DNA of 64,000 bases. It comes from Neodothiora populina (lineage: Eukaryota). The notes under the pieces are model-generated. The model worked only from the letters and a program-made list of their open reading frames with translations. It made no database searches and was not told the origin of the DNA. The stretch spans positions 496,001 through 560,000 of the forward strand of contig NW_027191405.1 in assembly GCF_041146345.1 (NCBI RefSeq), written 5' to 3'. Below, piece by piece: positions 11,854 through 23,552 of the stretch (positions are counted from its first letter, which is position 1; each line of letters opens with the position of its first letter). The translations under genes and the position numbers were made by a program.

Positions 11854-13968
11854 CTATTTGTGCACTTCGCCCCAGCCAAATTCAGCATTACCAGAGTTGC
11901 CGCCCTCCCAGTAACAACGTGAGTCAACAAGCTCGCCGTCCATCATCAAATTGAGCCACTCTCGAGCAACATGCTCAGCCTTCTTGCGATCTCGGATCTG
12001 AAGATTGAACTTGAACGGCAGCGGTTTTGCAATGAGTAGACTGGAGTATTCGAGAGTTGGATCGGCCTTGTGAGGCTCATCTTTCGTGATGGCATCTTTC
12101 ACCGAGGGCATGTCTTCGGTGCCGGCTTGCGCAAAGATGCGTTTCGGCGAGCCTGGGTCGGCATCTGGCCTAGTATCTTCTGCAAAGAAAGCTGGGAACT
12201 GGCCGGGTAATGCTTGACCGGGTATCCTGAGCTTGTGAGAAATTGTCCTGGTTCTTCTGATGTTGCATTCCGGTGTCTGCAGTAAGTTCGCGGACGGTTT
12301 CTTCTTCCTGCCTAACAATGTTCGCTTTCGTGACATGGGAGATTTTTCTGAGACGAAAAGGGCTTCGAGATCCTTCTCAGAAGTCGAGGCGACATCATCA
12401 TTGGGTACTCCATTGATTGACACTGCTGGTACTTCTGACGTTGGAGTTGCACTTTGCTCAACCTGCCCATCAGCACTCATCTTGAACATCCATGCCATAG
12501 CACCAATGCCCACAAACAAATCAGCATCTACAACGCCCATACCCTGACAGACACGACGGCCGTAGCCGAATTGCGAGTATCCTGTGATGGTCGGGTACTT
12601 GGACAGTGGTTCCTGATATGTAGGATATTTGGGGTCTATCCAACGCATGGGGTTGAATGTGTCCGGATCTGGGAACACCTCGGGATCGCGGCCAATGCTC
12701 CACTCGAGAGGATGCATGACTGAGCCAGCAGGTATGAAGTAGCCTTCGTATATATCATCCTTCACGGATTCGTGTGGGATGCCTAGCAAAAATATCAGCA
12801 AGCTCATCTTGTATATCTTTCCAAATTACTCACCAGTTGGCACAGGAGGGCGCCATCGCAAAGTCTCACGGATGAATGCACGTAGCACAGGCATGTTCGG
12901 CATGTCATTAAGCGTCGGCATTCGATCCCCCAAGACCGAGTCGATCTCATCGTGGAGGACCCTCTGCAAGTGCGGAAAATGGCACAGCGCTAGACAAAAG
13001 CTTTGCATAGGGGCTGCAATAGTCAATGCACCTGCTATACCGTGCATGCCAACCGCATGAGCACCTTCGGCATCTGACTCAAATCCCAAGGCTTCTCTGT
13101 TATCGAGGAAGTGCCTAGTCCAGGATTCAGCGGCTCCAGGCTGTCGCGCTTTCTCCCTGACTTCATCCTGCAACATGGTGAAGAAACGACTCTCGGTTCG
13201 GAATCTGCGGTGTTCCCAAGCTTTGGCAGGTACAAGGAAATCCGGCAATAACTTGAGGAACGCAAGCTTGTTGGTCAAGGAGCCATTGGGAGACACTCCG
13301 TATAGCAACTCTCTTGCCCTTTGCTTTAGTTCATCAGCAGGTTCGGCAGTGCCCCAAGCAAGCCGTGACGTAACTCTTGCAATGAAAGATTCCAAAGCGT
13401 GATTGTACCTGGAGGGATCCGTCAAGAGATCGAAGAGCAGACGAACGGATTCCTTCTCCGGTAAATCATAGTACGATGCCTTTGCTGATTTATCCATGAT
13501 CTGCTTGCCAAATTTTCGTTGTCTGGTCCAACGCTCGTTACGGCTCATTAGTGGAAGGTAGTGTCCGCTGACGCGGTTATCGTGAGTCAGAGATGGAATA
13601 TGCGGTCTTTCTGAGTAGTTCGCCGCGCGCTTGCCTAGCAGGTCTTGCGCAACACTGTCTCGAGTAATCCAGACATGGTTCTGACCAGCAAGATTGACTT
13701 GATAGATCCGACCGTAATTCTCGCCCCATTCGTGGAATTTGAGGAAGTTGTTCTTGTCTGGCACGTTCGGCGCACTGCCCAATATGGGATATCCTGTGCT
13801 GGATCAGTTATTGAGCGATTAGAGCATGATGCGATGAGTATGACCTTTGGGTCCAGGCAATGCTTGCACGCCAGTTGGGAGACGTGACTTCTCTTTGGAA
13901 GCTACAAAGTGGATCAACGCGCCAATACCGAAAACCACGGCAACGGTAACGAGAGAGAGTAAAGCCAT
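11854..13968 (-). CDS. Cytochrome P450 monooxygenase, 3 exons
   Basis: N-terminal anchor MALLSLVTVAVVFGIG, hinge LPGPKGYPILG, ExxR (ETLRWRP), PERF-like FNPMRW, heme motif FGYGRRVCQG. Introns 13794..13844 and 12783..12833. Confidence 0.92.
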
Positions 13969-15417
13969 GTGTGTTATGGTCTACAAATGAAAAAGTGATG
14001 ATAGACAAGCCAAGTATCGGGGGAGTGATGAAGGATGTCTATGCGTAAGCCTGCACTGTCAACAAGGAAAGAAAGTCGGATGGGTGCACTAAAAACAACC
14101 CGTTCCTGGGAGGAAAGGAAAGATGTGCAGAGGGACCAGCCTGCGGATAAGAGGTAGCAAAACGAGAGTGATGACCAGAACAGAGTCTTGTAGCAAATTG
14201 ACCTACATATATAGCTAAGGTACCTACCACATTACAAGTAGGGCATGAGCCTACACAGATCCCGCAAAAGTCTTTTGTTGTGGGGCACTATATGGATAAG
14301 TCCTGGACGAGGAGTCAGTCGTCGCGATTAGTTGTCAAAAGGACTGTCTCACCTCTGTTTGGACGAGCAGAGTCTATACATAGGGTGACGATTACCCCTT
14401 TAAAGCCCACGAGAGAAGGAATCCTGGTGGTTGGTCTCATGTTGGCCCACGGGGCCGGGCGATCCTCTTCGTAGAAGATGCGGTTCGTCAGTGATCACCA
14501 TGGTCATCTGTGACCCGCGAGAAGAAGTCCTCTAGGAGTCGTCGAAGTCCGCTCCATTTACGCTGATGCGCCGAATGTCTTTTGCTCTCGAGGACTACAG
14601 ATACTCTTGCTTGGAACGTTCAGTGTACGGGAATAGGCAAGGTTTGTGCACTAGGTGAGGTGAAACACATCAGCGTCTCTTCGTAGATCTCGGGAGACTG
14701 AAGGCTGATTCCGATAGCTCGCTTGAAGGAACACGATACAGTATCAAGCTAGTATCTGTACGGCGCTTTCATGTCAGTCAGGGCGTATCGTGTTGCTTTG
14801 CGGCATAACAATCAGAGTCGAAGGAGGAAGTAACAACACAAACATGTAAGATTCATGGGGTCTAGCGAGGACAGGGACATTTCTTGGCACAATTGGACAA
14901 TCCCGTTCCACGCCGACGTTCACTGCTACTGTACACTAGAAATATGGGATAAACTAGGATAACAAGTCTAGTCCAGATATTGCTCAGTTCCGGCGGGGAC
15001 CCGGTATCGACGACAACAAAATTGATCATCAAGCTATGGCGAACTTGATCTACCGCGTCTCGAAACAATAACCGTTGTTACCAAAGATAGAAGAAAGCTC
15101 AAGCATTTGTAGCACGCCTTCGTGGGCTTTGTCGATGTGAGTCCGGTCCATCGCTGTGTTGTAACATTCAAGCTTTCTTTCACGAAAGCAGTAACAGGAT
15201 GCTTCATGCATCCATTACTTCCGGCCCAGCGTTTCTCGCACCAAGTACTGTATAACCGCAGCCCCAAGCATATAATCATTGTATTGGATAAGACGCTGAA
15301 ATCATCTGGCAAAGTCCGCGCACAGGAAAAAGAATAGAAGTTATCATCACACATCCGTCGTGATCAGGCGAAGAGGACCTCGCCAAGTCGTGCTTCTTCG
15401 GGCTCATGTACAAACAC

Positions 15418-16436
15418 CTAGAAGTCACCTCCGTCATCACCACCGCCGTAGTCATCTTGACCGTTATCGTAACCTTGGTCGTACTAAATGGGAGTCAGTA
15501 TACAGCTGATTCAGATTCGGATTGTGCTTGGACAACTCACGCCTTGGTCATACTCGTTCTGATCGTGATCTTCCATGGCATCTGCGAGGAGCATTCCACC
15601 GAGAAGACCACCTCCTACACCGAGAGCGGCAGCACCTCCGACGCCCATGCCTCCTGACTTCCTAGGTGGCTGGCCATAGCCACCTTGCTGGGGGTAGCCG
15701 CCCCCACCATAGTAAGGCTGTTGTTGAGGGTAGCCGCCGTACTGACCTGGAGGGGGACCTTGCTGGTAATGGGGCTGGCCATAGCCATAAGGTTGCTGGG
15801 GACGAGAGGAGCTGCTGGTCTTACCGAACAACTTGCCCATGAGGCCACCTTTGCTCCTAGTGCCGTCTCGTGGCGGCAACTCGGGCTGGTGTTGCTGAGG
15901 ATACGAGGCAGCCGTCTGTCCGTACTGCGGGCCCTGTCCGTAGGTAGGAGCCGGCGAGGATGACGCTCCAGCTCCATAGTATCCATCAGCAGCGCCTCGA
16001 TCAGCGGTGGCGCGTACTCGAGCATTTTCCTCCTCTTGCAGCTTTCTTGCATAAGCCTCATCGTCCACGACGTTGTGCGACGAGCTGTGACTAGAGCCAG
16101 CGCCTGGGCCGTAGGGGTTGTTTGTGTTCAGATAGCTCCCCTTCTCAGGGCCAGTTGTCCGCGATGAGTTGTGGTCGTAGCCTGGCGGAGCGCCTGGCGG
16201 GGCACCACCGTCTGCGCCGTAGACAGGCTCGGTGGGCTTTTCCCATTGCGACTGCTTGGTGTGTAGGTTTACGTAGAACCACTCCTTGTACTGATCGTTC
16301 CACTGAGCCTTCCATCCGGCTGGGACTTTGGGAGGTGGCGGGCCCTGGTGAAGAGTCAGTCGCGTTGTTCGTTGGTTGCAGTGCCGAGTGAGGCAGGTGG
16401 AGTGTAGATTACCGGTGGTGGGACGTAGTCGGCCAT
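15418..16436 (-). CDS. WW-domain protein with Gly/Gln/Tyr/Pro-rich tail (Wwm1-like), 3 exons
   Basis: MADYVPPP|GPPPPKVPAGWKAQWNDQYKEWFYVNLHTKQSQWEKP is a WW domain; GGGLLGGMLL motif and acidic C-terminus. Introns 16345..16412 and ~15484..15540. Confidence 0.88.
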
Positions 16437-17854
16437 GTGTGGTGAAATGAGGATTGTTGCGATGGTAAGGTATGAATTCTTGTATCGGTGTTGAGTAGAC
16501 ACAATGTGAACACAGGAAATCGGAAAGTGGTTGTAGGCAGCTGTATGCGATATAAGAAGAGGTGAAGGTGGCTGTACAAAGGCACTCACGCCTCAATCTC
16601 AATCCACGAACGGAAGGAGGGGCTCCCAGCGCCCAGCACTGCAGTCCATCTCCCAAGCTGCATGTCGTCATGCCTTTATTGAGCACCTGCATTCGAAGCC
16701 TTTGCGTAGCTGAGCCACACGTCGAGGTCCTTCTATACGGCTATCGTTTCGTGGCGCAGCGGTCGTGGTGGCTGCGCTTTTATTTGTTAGCCTGATATAC
16801 CTTACTTTTCGGCATTTGCTTGCTACAGTACTGTATTCAGTTTTCCTGGAATATGTATATGAGGCATGGTGCCCCCCTGCAGCATGACTGAACTATAAGT
16901 CTATCACATACCATGTGGTTCCTCGTTGCGTCCATTGATCTCTGTGCACTTTACTTTACCCCAGACTCGCTGCTGTTCTTCTCTATAATCTACAAGTAAC
17001 CCTCCCATTGATCCCTGCTGGCTGCTCTTCCGACCAGTCCGCTCCGCGATTTCCTAGCATCTCCGTCTTCGACATGCATGACGAAACCACCTGCAATCGT
17101 CAGGTCAGGTAATCACTGATCCATCTGTGATAAGTACCATGTCTATCCTGAGTCAAGGCAATATCCTATTCGAAATAGGGTCGACATGATTGAGAACTTC
17201 TGAGAAGAACCCCCGGCACAGTGAACATGACTCCGCTTCCTGCAAGATACAGTTTGTGTAGCTACCGTCAAGGTACAACGGACCTATGCGGATGATGGGC
17301 GCATATTAGAGAGTGAGCAGATCAGTCTCACGGGAAGAGCCCAACATCGAAGAGAGTCGATCCAAACAAATGTACTTGTAGGAGAATAGCACGTGTTGGG
17401 TTTCGGATGACGGAGCGGTACAAGTACAGCGGACATGTGAGGCTCTGCGCTTGTGGCTGGAGAAATTGAGTCGGCCGTTACGTCGATGCATGAGGCAGTT
17501 ACGCAAAGCGGACGCCAATCCCTCCTCTGGCAAAACAAAAAGTCTGGCACTACCCATTTCCTCCTCCTCCGCCTGGATCCGGTGTGTCCGTCATCCCCTG
17601 TCAGCACCTTGCTATCCTGCGGTATTCTTCGGCTCTGTGCCATAGTCTTAAGTCTTGAAAGGTGCCTCTCCCTGCTGTCCGTGACAATTGCCCCATTTCT
17701 GCTCCATAATCAAGCGTCTATTTTTGCCATTTGTTGTTGTGAATAAACAAGGGAGTGACCCAGATCATCCGGTCTATACCAGAGTAATATCTGTTGGTCT
17801 TCCGTATCACAGTCCTGCACATCCAATTACGAGTCAGCTCGTTAATATTTGAAA

Positions 17855-19528
17855 ATGGCAGCAGCAGCAGCACCAGCAGCGGCAGCACCAGCAACGATGC
17901 CACAACAGCATTCCGACATCGACGCCCACAGGCTGTCCAACTCCGAACTGGACTCCTGGTCCAGCAACATGAGTGATGCCAGGACGGTATATGCTCCGTC
18001 TCTGGCTGATACCGCTTCTATCTATACCACAGCCACGACCTCGTCGACCAGATCGATGAGGGATCGTTTCAAGATGACTTTCAGGCGCAAAAAGCGATTC
18101 GACCCCTTTTCGAACGAACTCACCGAATCCTCCACCGGAACTTCCACTCTCAAGACCCAGAGATCAAACAGCACAATAAAAGACCATCGACCGTCACTTG
18201 AGAGTATCGGTCACATTAGTCATTTTCGCAAGAACAGCGACAGTCCCAAAGCCAAGCGCAAGTCCAAGGAAGGAGCGTGGAACCCTGAGACCAAGACCTT
18301 CACTCTCAATAAAGATACGGGAGAAGTCGGTGACTACACTGATATGATGCATGCACTTGTCCATCATGATACCAACGACTCGACTCCGGAGCACATTGTT
18401 GACTACGGCGAAAATCGCGATCCCGGTGAACCCATGGTCGCCAGTCTCCCGTCCAAAGTCTGGAAGCACATCGCAGAATACCTTTCTATATCGGACACCG
18501 CCTGTCTTTCGCTTTCGAGCAAGACACTTCTCGATCGCGTCGGCATCGACAGCTGGCAAGCTCTGAAGAGCCCATACTACAAGTTTCAACGGCTCAATTT
18601 CCTGAAGAGGATGGATTCTGCCCTTCCCAACCATCTGTATTGCCCCATTTGTGAGATATATCATATACGCACCCAAAAGGGACACGAGAATATGAAGCCC
18701 ACTCTTGTTTTGAACCACCTGTTCAAATGCCCTCATTTGGACCAGATTCCACCTCGCACGCGCATTGCATCCGGTCGTACATTGCCTTTCACTTTTGTTC
18801 AACTTGCCCTCAGAGCCGATAAATGGGGCCCAGAATATGGTGTCACCCTCAATTCCATGGCTCGTCGTTGGAAAGAGCCCGAGACTGGGTGGTCTCACAC
18901 CACTGTCTACCGCATCCACAACGGCCACCTGCTCATGCGTGTCGTCAGTCAGAAAGCCGCCGTAGGAGGTATGGTTGAAGCCGCCAAGCGAGGCTTCTTC
19001 TACAACATGTATGAGGACTTTACGCCTTACTTCTCCGTCTGCGCGCATTGGCGAGATGGAGACCTGATGAAGATCTGCAAATGCGCAGTCGACCATCTGC
19101 CGCCACCGAAGTATCGAATCCGCGACGCCCATAAGATGGAGCAGACCGCTCTACCGGAGAGACCTCGCATCGTGGCCATGTGCGGCAACTGCCAGCCTAT
19201 GCGACGATGTCCTGAATGCCCGACCGAGTACCTGGTCGAGCTCAAGCTGGTGGAAGATCTGAAAGATCCCATCTACAGATTCAAGCAAGCCATCGTGATC
19301 ACGAGATGGAGCGATCTAGGCGATGGCAGCACTCCCGACAACGTCGAATGGGCTTCGATCAACGGAAACGCATACTACAGCTCTGTCATCGAAATTGGCA
19401 GACGAGCCATCTCCGGCATTTTCGAGTCCAAGACTTCTAACGACAACATGAACATCCCGGGACAGCGGGTCGTGTCTCTGAACCCCAAGGGCGAACACGA
19501 GGGAGAGGAAGGTGATTCGTGGTACTAG
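17855..19528 (+). CDS. F-box domain protein with Cys-rich C-terminal region
   Basis: F-box-like segment VASLPSKVWKHIAEYLSISDTACLSLSSKTL; CPIC, CGNC...RCPECPTEY and WSDLGDG motifs typical of this fungal F-box family. Confidence 0.8.
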   Translation: MAAAAAPAAAAPATMPQQHSDIDAHRLSNSELDSWSSNMSDARTVYAPSLADTASIYTTATTSSTRSMRDRFKMTFRRKKRFDPFSNELTESSTGTSTLKTQRSNSTIKDHRPSLESIGHISHFRKNSDSPKAKRKSKEGAWNPETKTFTLNKDTGEVGDYTDMMHALVHHDTNDSTPEHIVDYGENRDPGEPMVASLPSKVWKHIAEYLSISDTACLSLSSKTLLDRVGIDSWQALKSPYYKFQRLNFLKRMDSALPNHLYCPICEIYHIRTQKGHENMKPTLVLNHLFKCPHLDQIPPRTRIASGRTLPFTFVQLALRADKWGPEYGVTLNSMARRWKEPETGWSHTTVYRIHNGHLLMRVVSQKAAVGGMVEAAKRGFFYNMYEDFTPYFSVCAHWRDGDLMKICKCAVDHLPPPKYRIRDAHKMEQTALPERPRIVAMCGNCQPMRRCPECPTEYLVELKLVEDLKDPIYRFKQAIVITRWSDLGDGSTPDNVEWASINGNAYYSSVIEIGRRAISGIFESKTSNDNMNIPGQRVVSLNPKGEHEGEEGDSWY

Positions 19529-19853
19529 CCCTTCTTGTCTGGCCATGCCGTTCGCGCTTTTCACTGTAAACAAATTGTCTTATACCATGATACCTAATCT
19601 ACTTTCTGCGTGCGGCGCATGCAAGAGGCGTGCAGATCAAGTCACGCCGTGGAACTACTTTTATTTTCATGTATGCACAACATCTACCTTGTCTTATGAA
19701 TGAACAAAATCACAAATCAACATACTCAAAAATCACAATGTCGCTCACCTACGTTCTGAGAACTTCTGTACCGCGACATCTACAATGGACAATAGCTATA
19801 TATACTTTCCATCTTATCCAATTTCTACGAAGCATCCTACCACATGCCTCCGC

Positions 19854-19940
19854 GGGATTTTGGTCTAGTGGTATGATTCTTGCTTTGGGTTTATCAATCA
19901 CATATGCAAGAGGTCCTTGGTTCGATTCCGAGAAGTCCCC
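19854..19940 (+). tRNA. tRNA-Pro(TGG), intron-containing (intron 19890..19904, 15 nt)
   Basis: Acceptor GGGATTT/AAGTCCC, A-box TGGTCTAGTGG, anticodon stem CTTGC/GCAAG around TT-TGG-G, T-arm CTTGG-TTCGATT-CCGAG, followed by TTTTTGTTTTT. Confidence 0.93.
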
Positions 19941-20340
19941 ACTCTTTTTGTTTTTCCGATCAGGCTTACCATACTAGAGGGCTTGTCTGAGGTGTTTTGG
20001 TCTAGTGACTCGCTCCAGTATCGTAGGTAGAGTGCGGAAAACAGGAGTCTTCCTACTCGCATTGTTTCTGCAATATGTCTGAGATGTACATAGCGCAAAC
20101 CAGAGGAGAGTAGTGTACCTCACAAGTCCGATTGAGCCAGTCGAGATCATCCGACTCCGAGTCCAAGAGTCTAACACACTCCCTCCCTCTCACCTATACC
20201 ATACCGTCCCACAGCGACCCATCATACAACACTCAACATCATTCCCATCTTCCAATCTCGCAAAACCTCGATACAGGCAGACATCCGTCTCCCACTCTTG
20301 ACTATGGATGAAGATTAAGAGGACAGCCAAAAGCAAAAGA

Positions 20341-20433
20341 TTCCGATGCGGGGAATTGAACCCCGGCCTTGCCGGATCTTCTGTTTCGGCGAAACATGAG
20401 AGCGGCAAATCCTAGCCACTAGACCACATCGGA
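20341..20433 (-). tRNA. tRNA-Glu(CTC), intron-containing (intron 20376..20396, 21 nt)
   Basis: Exons identical to the copy at 187..278. Cloverleaf with CTC anticodon. Confidence 0.95.
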
Positions 20434-21414
20434 TTTGTATGGCGATTGTGCTACTTCTTTAGTTTATATGCATTTGTATCGCTGTCCAGTGTCGGTTCGG
20501 TTGTGGTTGAGTGGTTTCTGGGATAGATGGTGCTAATTGGTCTAATCGGCTCGGTTTCCAGCTTTAAAACTGTCGCCTTCGTTTCGATCTGTTATTTGCC
20601 GATCACTGAAGAAGTGTTAATGCCATGGTTTTGACTGCAAGTTGCCACCGTCTCGCCATAGACCAAACTTGAACTCACAATCATCAAGCATGGTATTCGA
20701 CATCTTACGCTAACGCGATTGAATCGAGCAGGATATACCATAGGAATAAGCGACAAAGGATCATAGTCGACTATACTGGCCATCATGATCATTGGAGGCC
20801 CAGAACGTCAGGTATGCAAGGTCGAGCGATCACTACGAACATGGCCAGGGTTGCCCTCGCGATGTGACAGACTTGACTGCCATACGGTGTTCACGACGAC
20901 GTCTTGGCGCGGTTCGGTTTCGTCCCAAGACTCACTCATCAAGTATTTACGAGATGAGAGGCACGCTGTTATACAATATAGGTCTCTTCGTCAATGACAT
21001 CAGCTAGGAATCACTGTGATACAGTACGATGTGAGGGAAGATTGATGTGCATACTCACGTGACATTCACATATTAAATAAAACACGGTGCGGACAGAACG
21101 AGGATCATATGTAGGAAAAGCCCTTCAAAGGCATTGGAAGTTCGATAGCAGCTATATATCTACCTGTCCCATAGAAAGAAAAAAATGCCTTCGTCAGAGA
21201 GAAAAGCCACAACATAACCAGTACATTGCAACTCTCTCTCCCACGAAGGACCTCTTTCCTCCCTATAGCACACGAAAAATACAGTCTACAAGATGAATTC
21301 TATACAAATAAGAAAGGCCCCTTAATCTCGAGTCATCCTCCCCTTTGTGTAGTGACGCTAAAACAGTATTCATAGGTTTGGAAACACAAAACTCTGCCTT
21401 GCATTTTCCAACGC

Positions 21415-22611
21415 CTAAACGCGGAAAGCACGAGCATGAGAGCGCTTGGCCTTGGAGGAAGGAGTCTTCTCCTGGGCGAAGAGGTAAGAGACCCAGTCAA
21501 GGAGGTCCTGGAGGGTGGTGCCCTCGGGGAGAGGCTTCTTGGGGGTGGCAACACCAGTGGCGGTGGCGCTGGGGACACCGGTGGAGATGGCGCTGGTGAG
21601 GGCGCCGCTGGGGAGGTTAGAGGCGAGCGAGGCAAGAGGAGCGGTGGCGGAGGGAGCGCTGCCGGTGACGGTCACGGCGGTGGTGGCGTAGACGACGTCA
21701 GTGGCGGTCTCGGAAACAACGTCGTTGGTGCTGGAGGCAACGTAGGTGTTGGCGGGTGCGGAAGTGACAGCAGCAGAGGTAACAGCAGCAGATGAGGCAG
21801 GAGAAGACGAAGATGTGGAAGTGGCGGCGGCGGACGAGGCGGGAGCGCTGGTGGCAGCACCTCCGGAGCTGGCGCCCTTGTAGAGAGTAGGACCGGGGAT
21901 GACGTAGCTGCTCAAGCTCTGGTAGATGTTGACGAGGATACCAGGGTCAGTGGTCTTGTACAGAGAAGTACCGACAACGCCCTCGGGCTCATCAGAACCA
22001 GTGCTGGTGACAGCAAGGTTGATGCACTGAGGGTAGTTCTGGGCACCACCGGATTGACCGGCAGAGTGGAGGGCAATGATCTCGTGACGAGCGACGTAGT
22101 TGCCAGAGGCAATGGAGGAGGGGATGGTGACAGTGTATGACTGGTTGTTGGAGATCAGGTTGTCACTGGCCCAGGTTCCGGGGACGTTGTCGTCGTTAAT
22201 TAGACCGGCTTCGTCGATCTTGAACCACTTAAGGGCGGTCTTGTCGGCGTCCTCGCACTTGTCGGCGCACTTGGCAAGGTAAGTGATGACGGGGCCGTGG
22301 TGAGACTCGGGCCAGGTGGTCCACTGGAAAGTGACCTTGTCACCACCGTTCACAGTGGCGTGGGTGCCACCAGGGGTGGCGGATTTGTGGCAGTTGATGT
22401 CAGGGCTGGAGTAGTCACTGACATAGCCGTTGTCCTGGTCCAGAGGGTCGGACCAACCGATGACGGTGGGGGGAGGGTTTTGGTACTGGAAAGAAGGGCT
22501 GTATCCAGTGTAGTACTTGTCAGCGGCAACGATACCCTGAACGTAACCGTGGGCGTTGACGGAAGCGGCAAGAGAACCCAAAAGGGCAACAGTCGAAAGG
22601 ATAGAAGACAT
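21415..22611 (-). CDS. AA9 (GH61) lytic polysaccharide monooxygenase with Ser/Thr/Ala-rich C-terminal extension
   Basis: Signal peptide ends VNA|HGYV (His1 of the His-brace); [30 protein letters not shown]. Intronless, strong codon bias. Confidence 0.95.
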   Translation of the reverse strand: MSSILSTVALLGSLAASVNAHGYVQGIVAADKYYTGYSPSFQYQNPPPTVIGWSDPLDQDNGYVSDYSSPDINCHKSATPGGTHATVNGGDKVTFQWTTWPESHHGPVITYLAKCADKCEDADKTALKWFKIDEAGLINDDNVPGTWASDNLISNNQSYTVTIPSSIASGNYVARHEIIALHSAGQSGGAQNYPQCINLAVTSTGSDEPEGVVGTSLYKTTDPGILVNIYQSLSSYVIPGPTLYKGASSGGAATSAPASSAAATSTSSSSPASSAAVTSAAVTSAPANTYVASSTNDVVSETATDVVYATTAVTVTGSAPSATAPLASLASNLPSGALTSAISTGVPSATATGVATPKKPLPEGTTLQDLLDWVSYLFAQEKTPSSKAKRSHARAFRV

Positions 22612-23114
22612 TTTGATATATGGTTTCGTGGAGCGTTTCGTGTTGGAAATAGTGCTGTCAGAAAAGACCTCAAAAATGCGCAAAGAAGTTTTTAATTTGT
22701 TTGAAAAGTGAAAATGTAGTGAGTGAACGTATCCCAGCTCCAGTCAATGGAGAATGATACTTAGAAAGAATGTGGGTGGTACGAAGACCGAAGATTGCAA
22801 ATGCGACGAACTGAACTTTTCCTGTAGCTTGTTGAAGAAAAAAATGGTACTTGACCTGGCAGAGAAACTGCTCTTATATCTCTCATGCCCGACTTACGCT
22901 ATGCCTACGGGGTTACTGTCAAGGGGACAACCGCCACTGTGGTCCCGCAGCCGTGGTTAGAATTAGAGAGGAGGCCCATCGGCCGACGCCCCCTGCTTTA
23001 GTCTCTGTGGGCCTTGACCATGGTCCCATAGCGTTATGCTGGCCGATCCGAAAGGTCGTTTCAAACTTCTCAAAGCGAGCAACCTAGTCTTAAGACGGTC
23101 CATTTACCGATCGA

Positions 23115-23552
23115 GGCTAAGCGCTGCTCGTCGTCCAGAGTCCTCGCTTATCGACCTATGCAGCATCTCGAACAGAGACGTTCTGTGCCGGTTGTTGCAC
23201 CCTGTAGAGAATATATGATCAGGGAGATGAAGGGGAAGCCAAGGATCGGTACCTGCAGTCCGGCATCGTGAAACGCCAAGTCGTGCAACCGGAACCGTGC
23301 CATGCTCCAGCATGTGGAGCAGACCCGCTGCGGAGCGCATGTCAGGCACGCAGGTAGCACGTATTTTGTGTTTCATCTTTCCGGGCAACGGACGAGTCCG
23401 AAGTAATGTGATCTTGGTAAGATAGAGATGGGCCATGATGTGCAAATACAGCACTGCTATGCTGTATTCCACCAGGCAGCACATTTTCGGACTGCTTCCA
23501 AAGTGCGGCACTGCTCTTAGGTCGAAGTAGATTACCTGCATATGGATTAGCC
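23115..23552. promoter_or_regulatory. Two candidate XlnR-type GGCTAA sites upstream of the AA9 gene
   Basis: GGCTAA at 23115..23120 and TTAGCC at 23547..23552; TATAAG on the minus strand at ~22873-22878. Hexamers like these occur by chance. Confidence 0.2.

Noticed and set aside
14743..14760. ATCAAGCTAGTATCTGTA resembling U2 snRNA
   Set aside because: The GTGTAGTA branch-pairing sequence is not intact, and flanking U2 sequence and an Sm site are absent.
18194..19132. Long antisense or overlapping ORFs (also 3859..4365, 33344..33982, 37473..38066, 43613..44401)
   Set aside because: These are shadows of codon-biased genes on the opposite strand.
187..20433. Two same-orientation tRNA-Glu genes as att-like ends of a 20-kb integrated element
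   Set aside because: Both are complete genes with different introns, the interval holds core genes such as GGC1, and there is no integrase.
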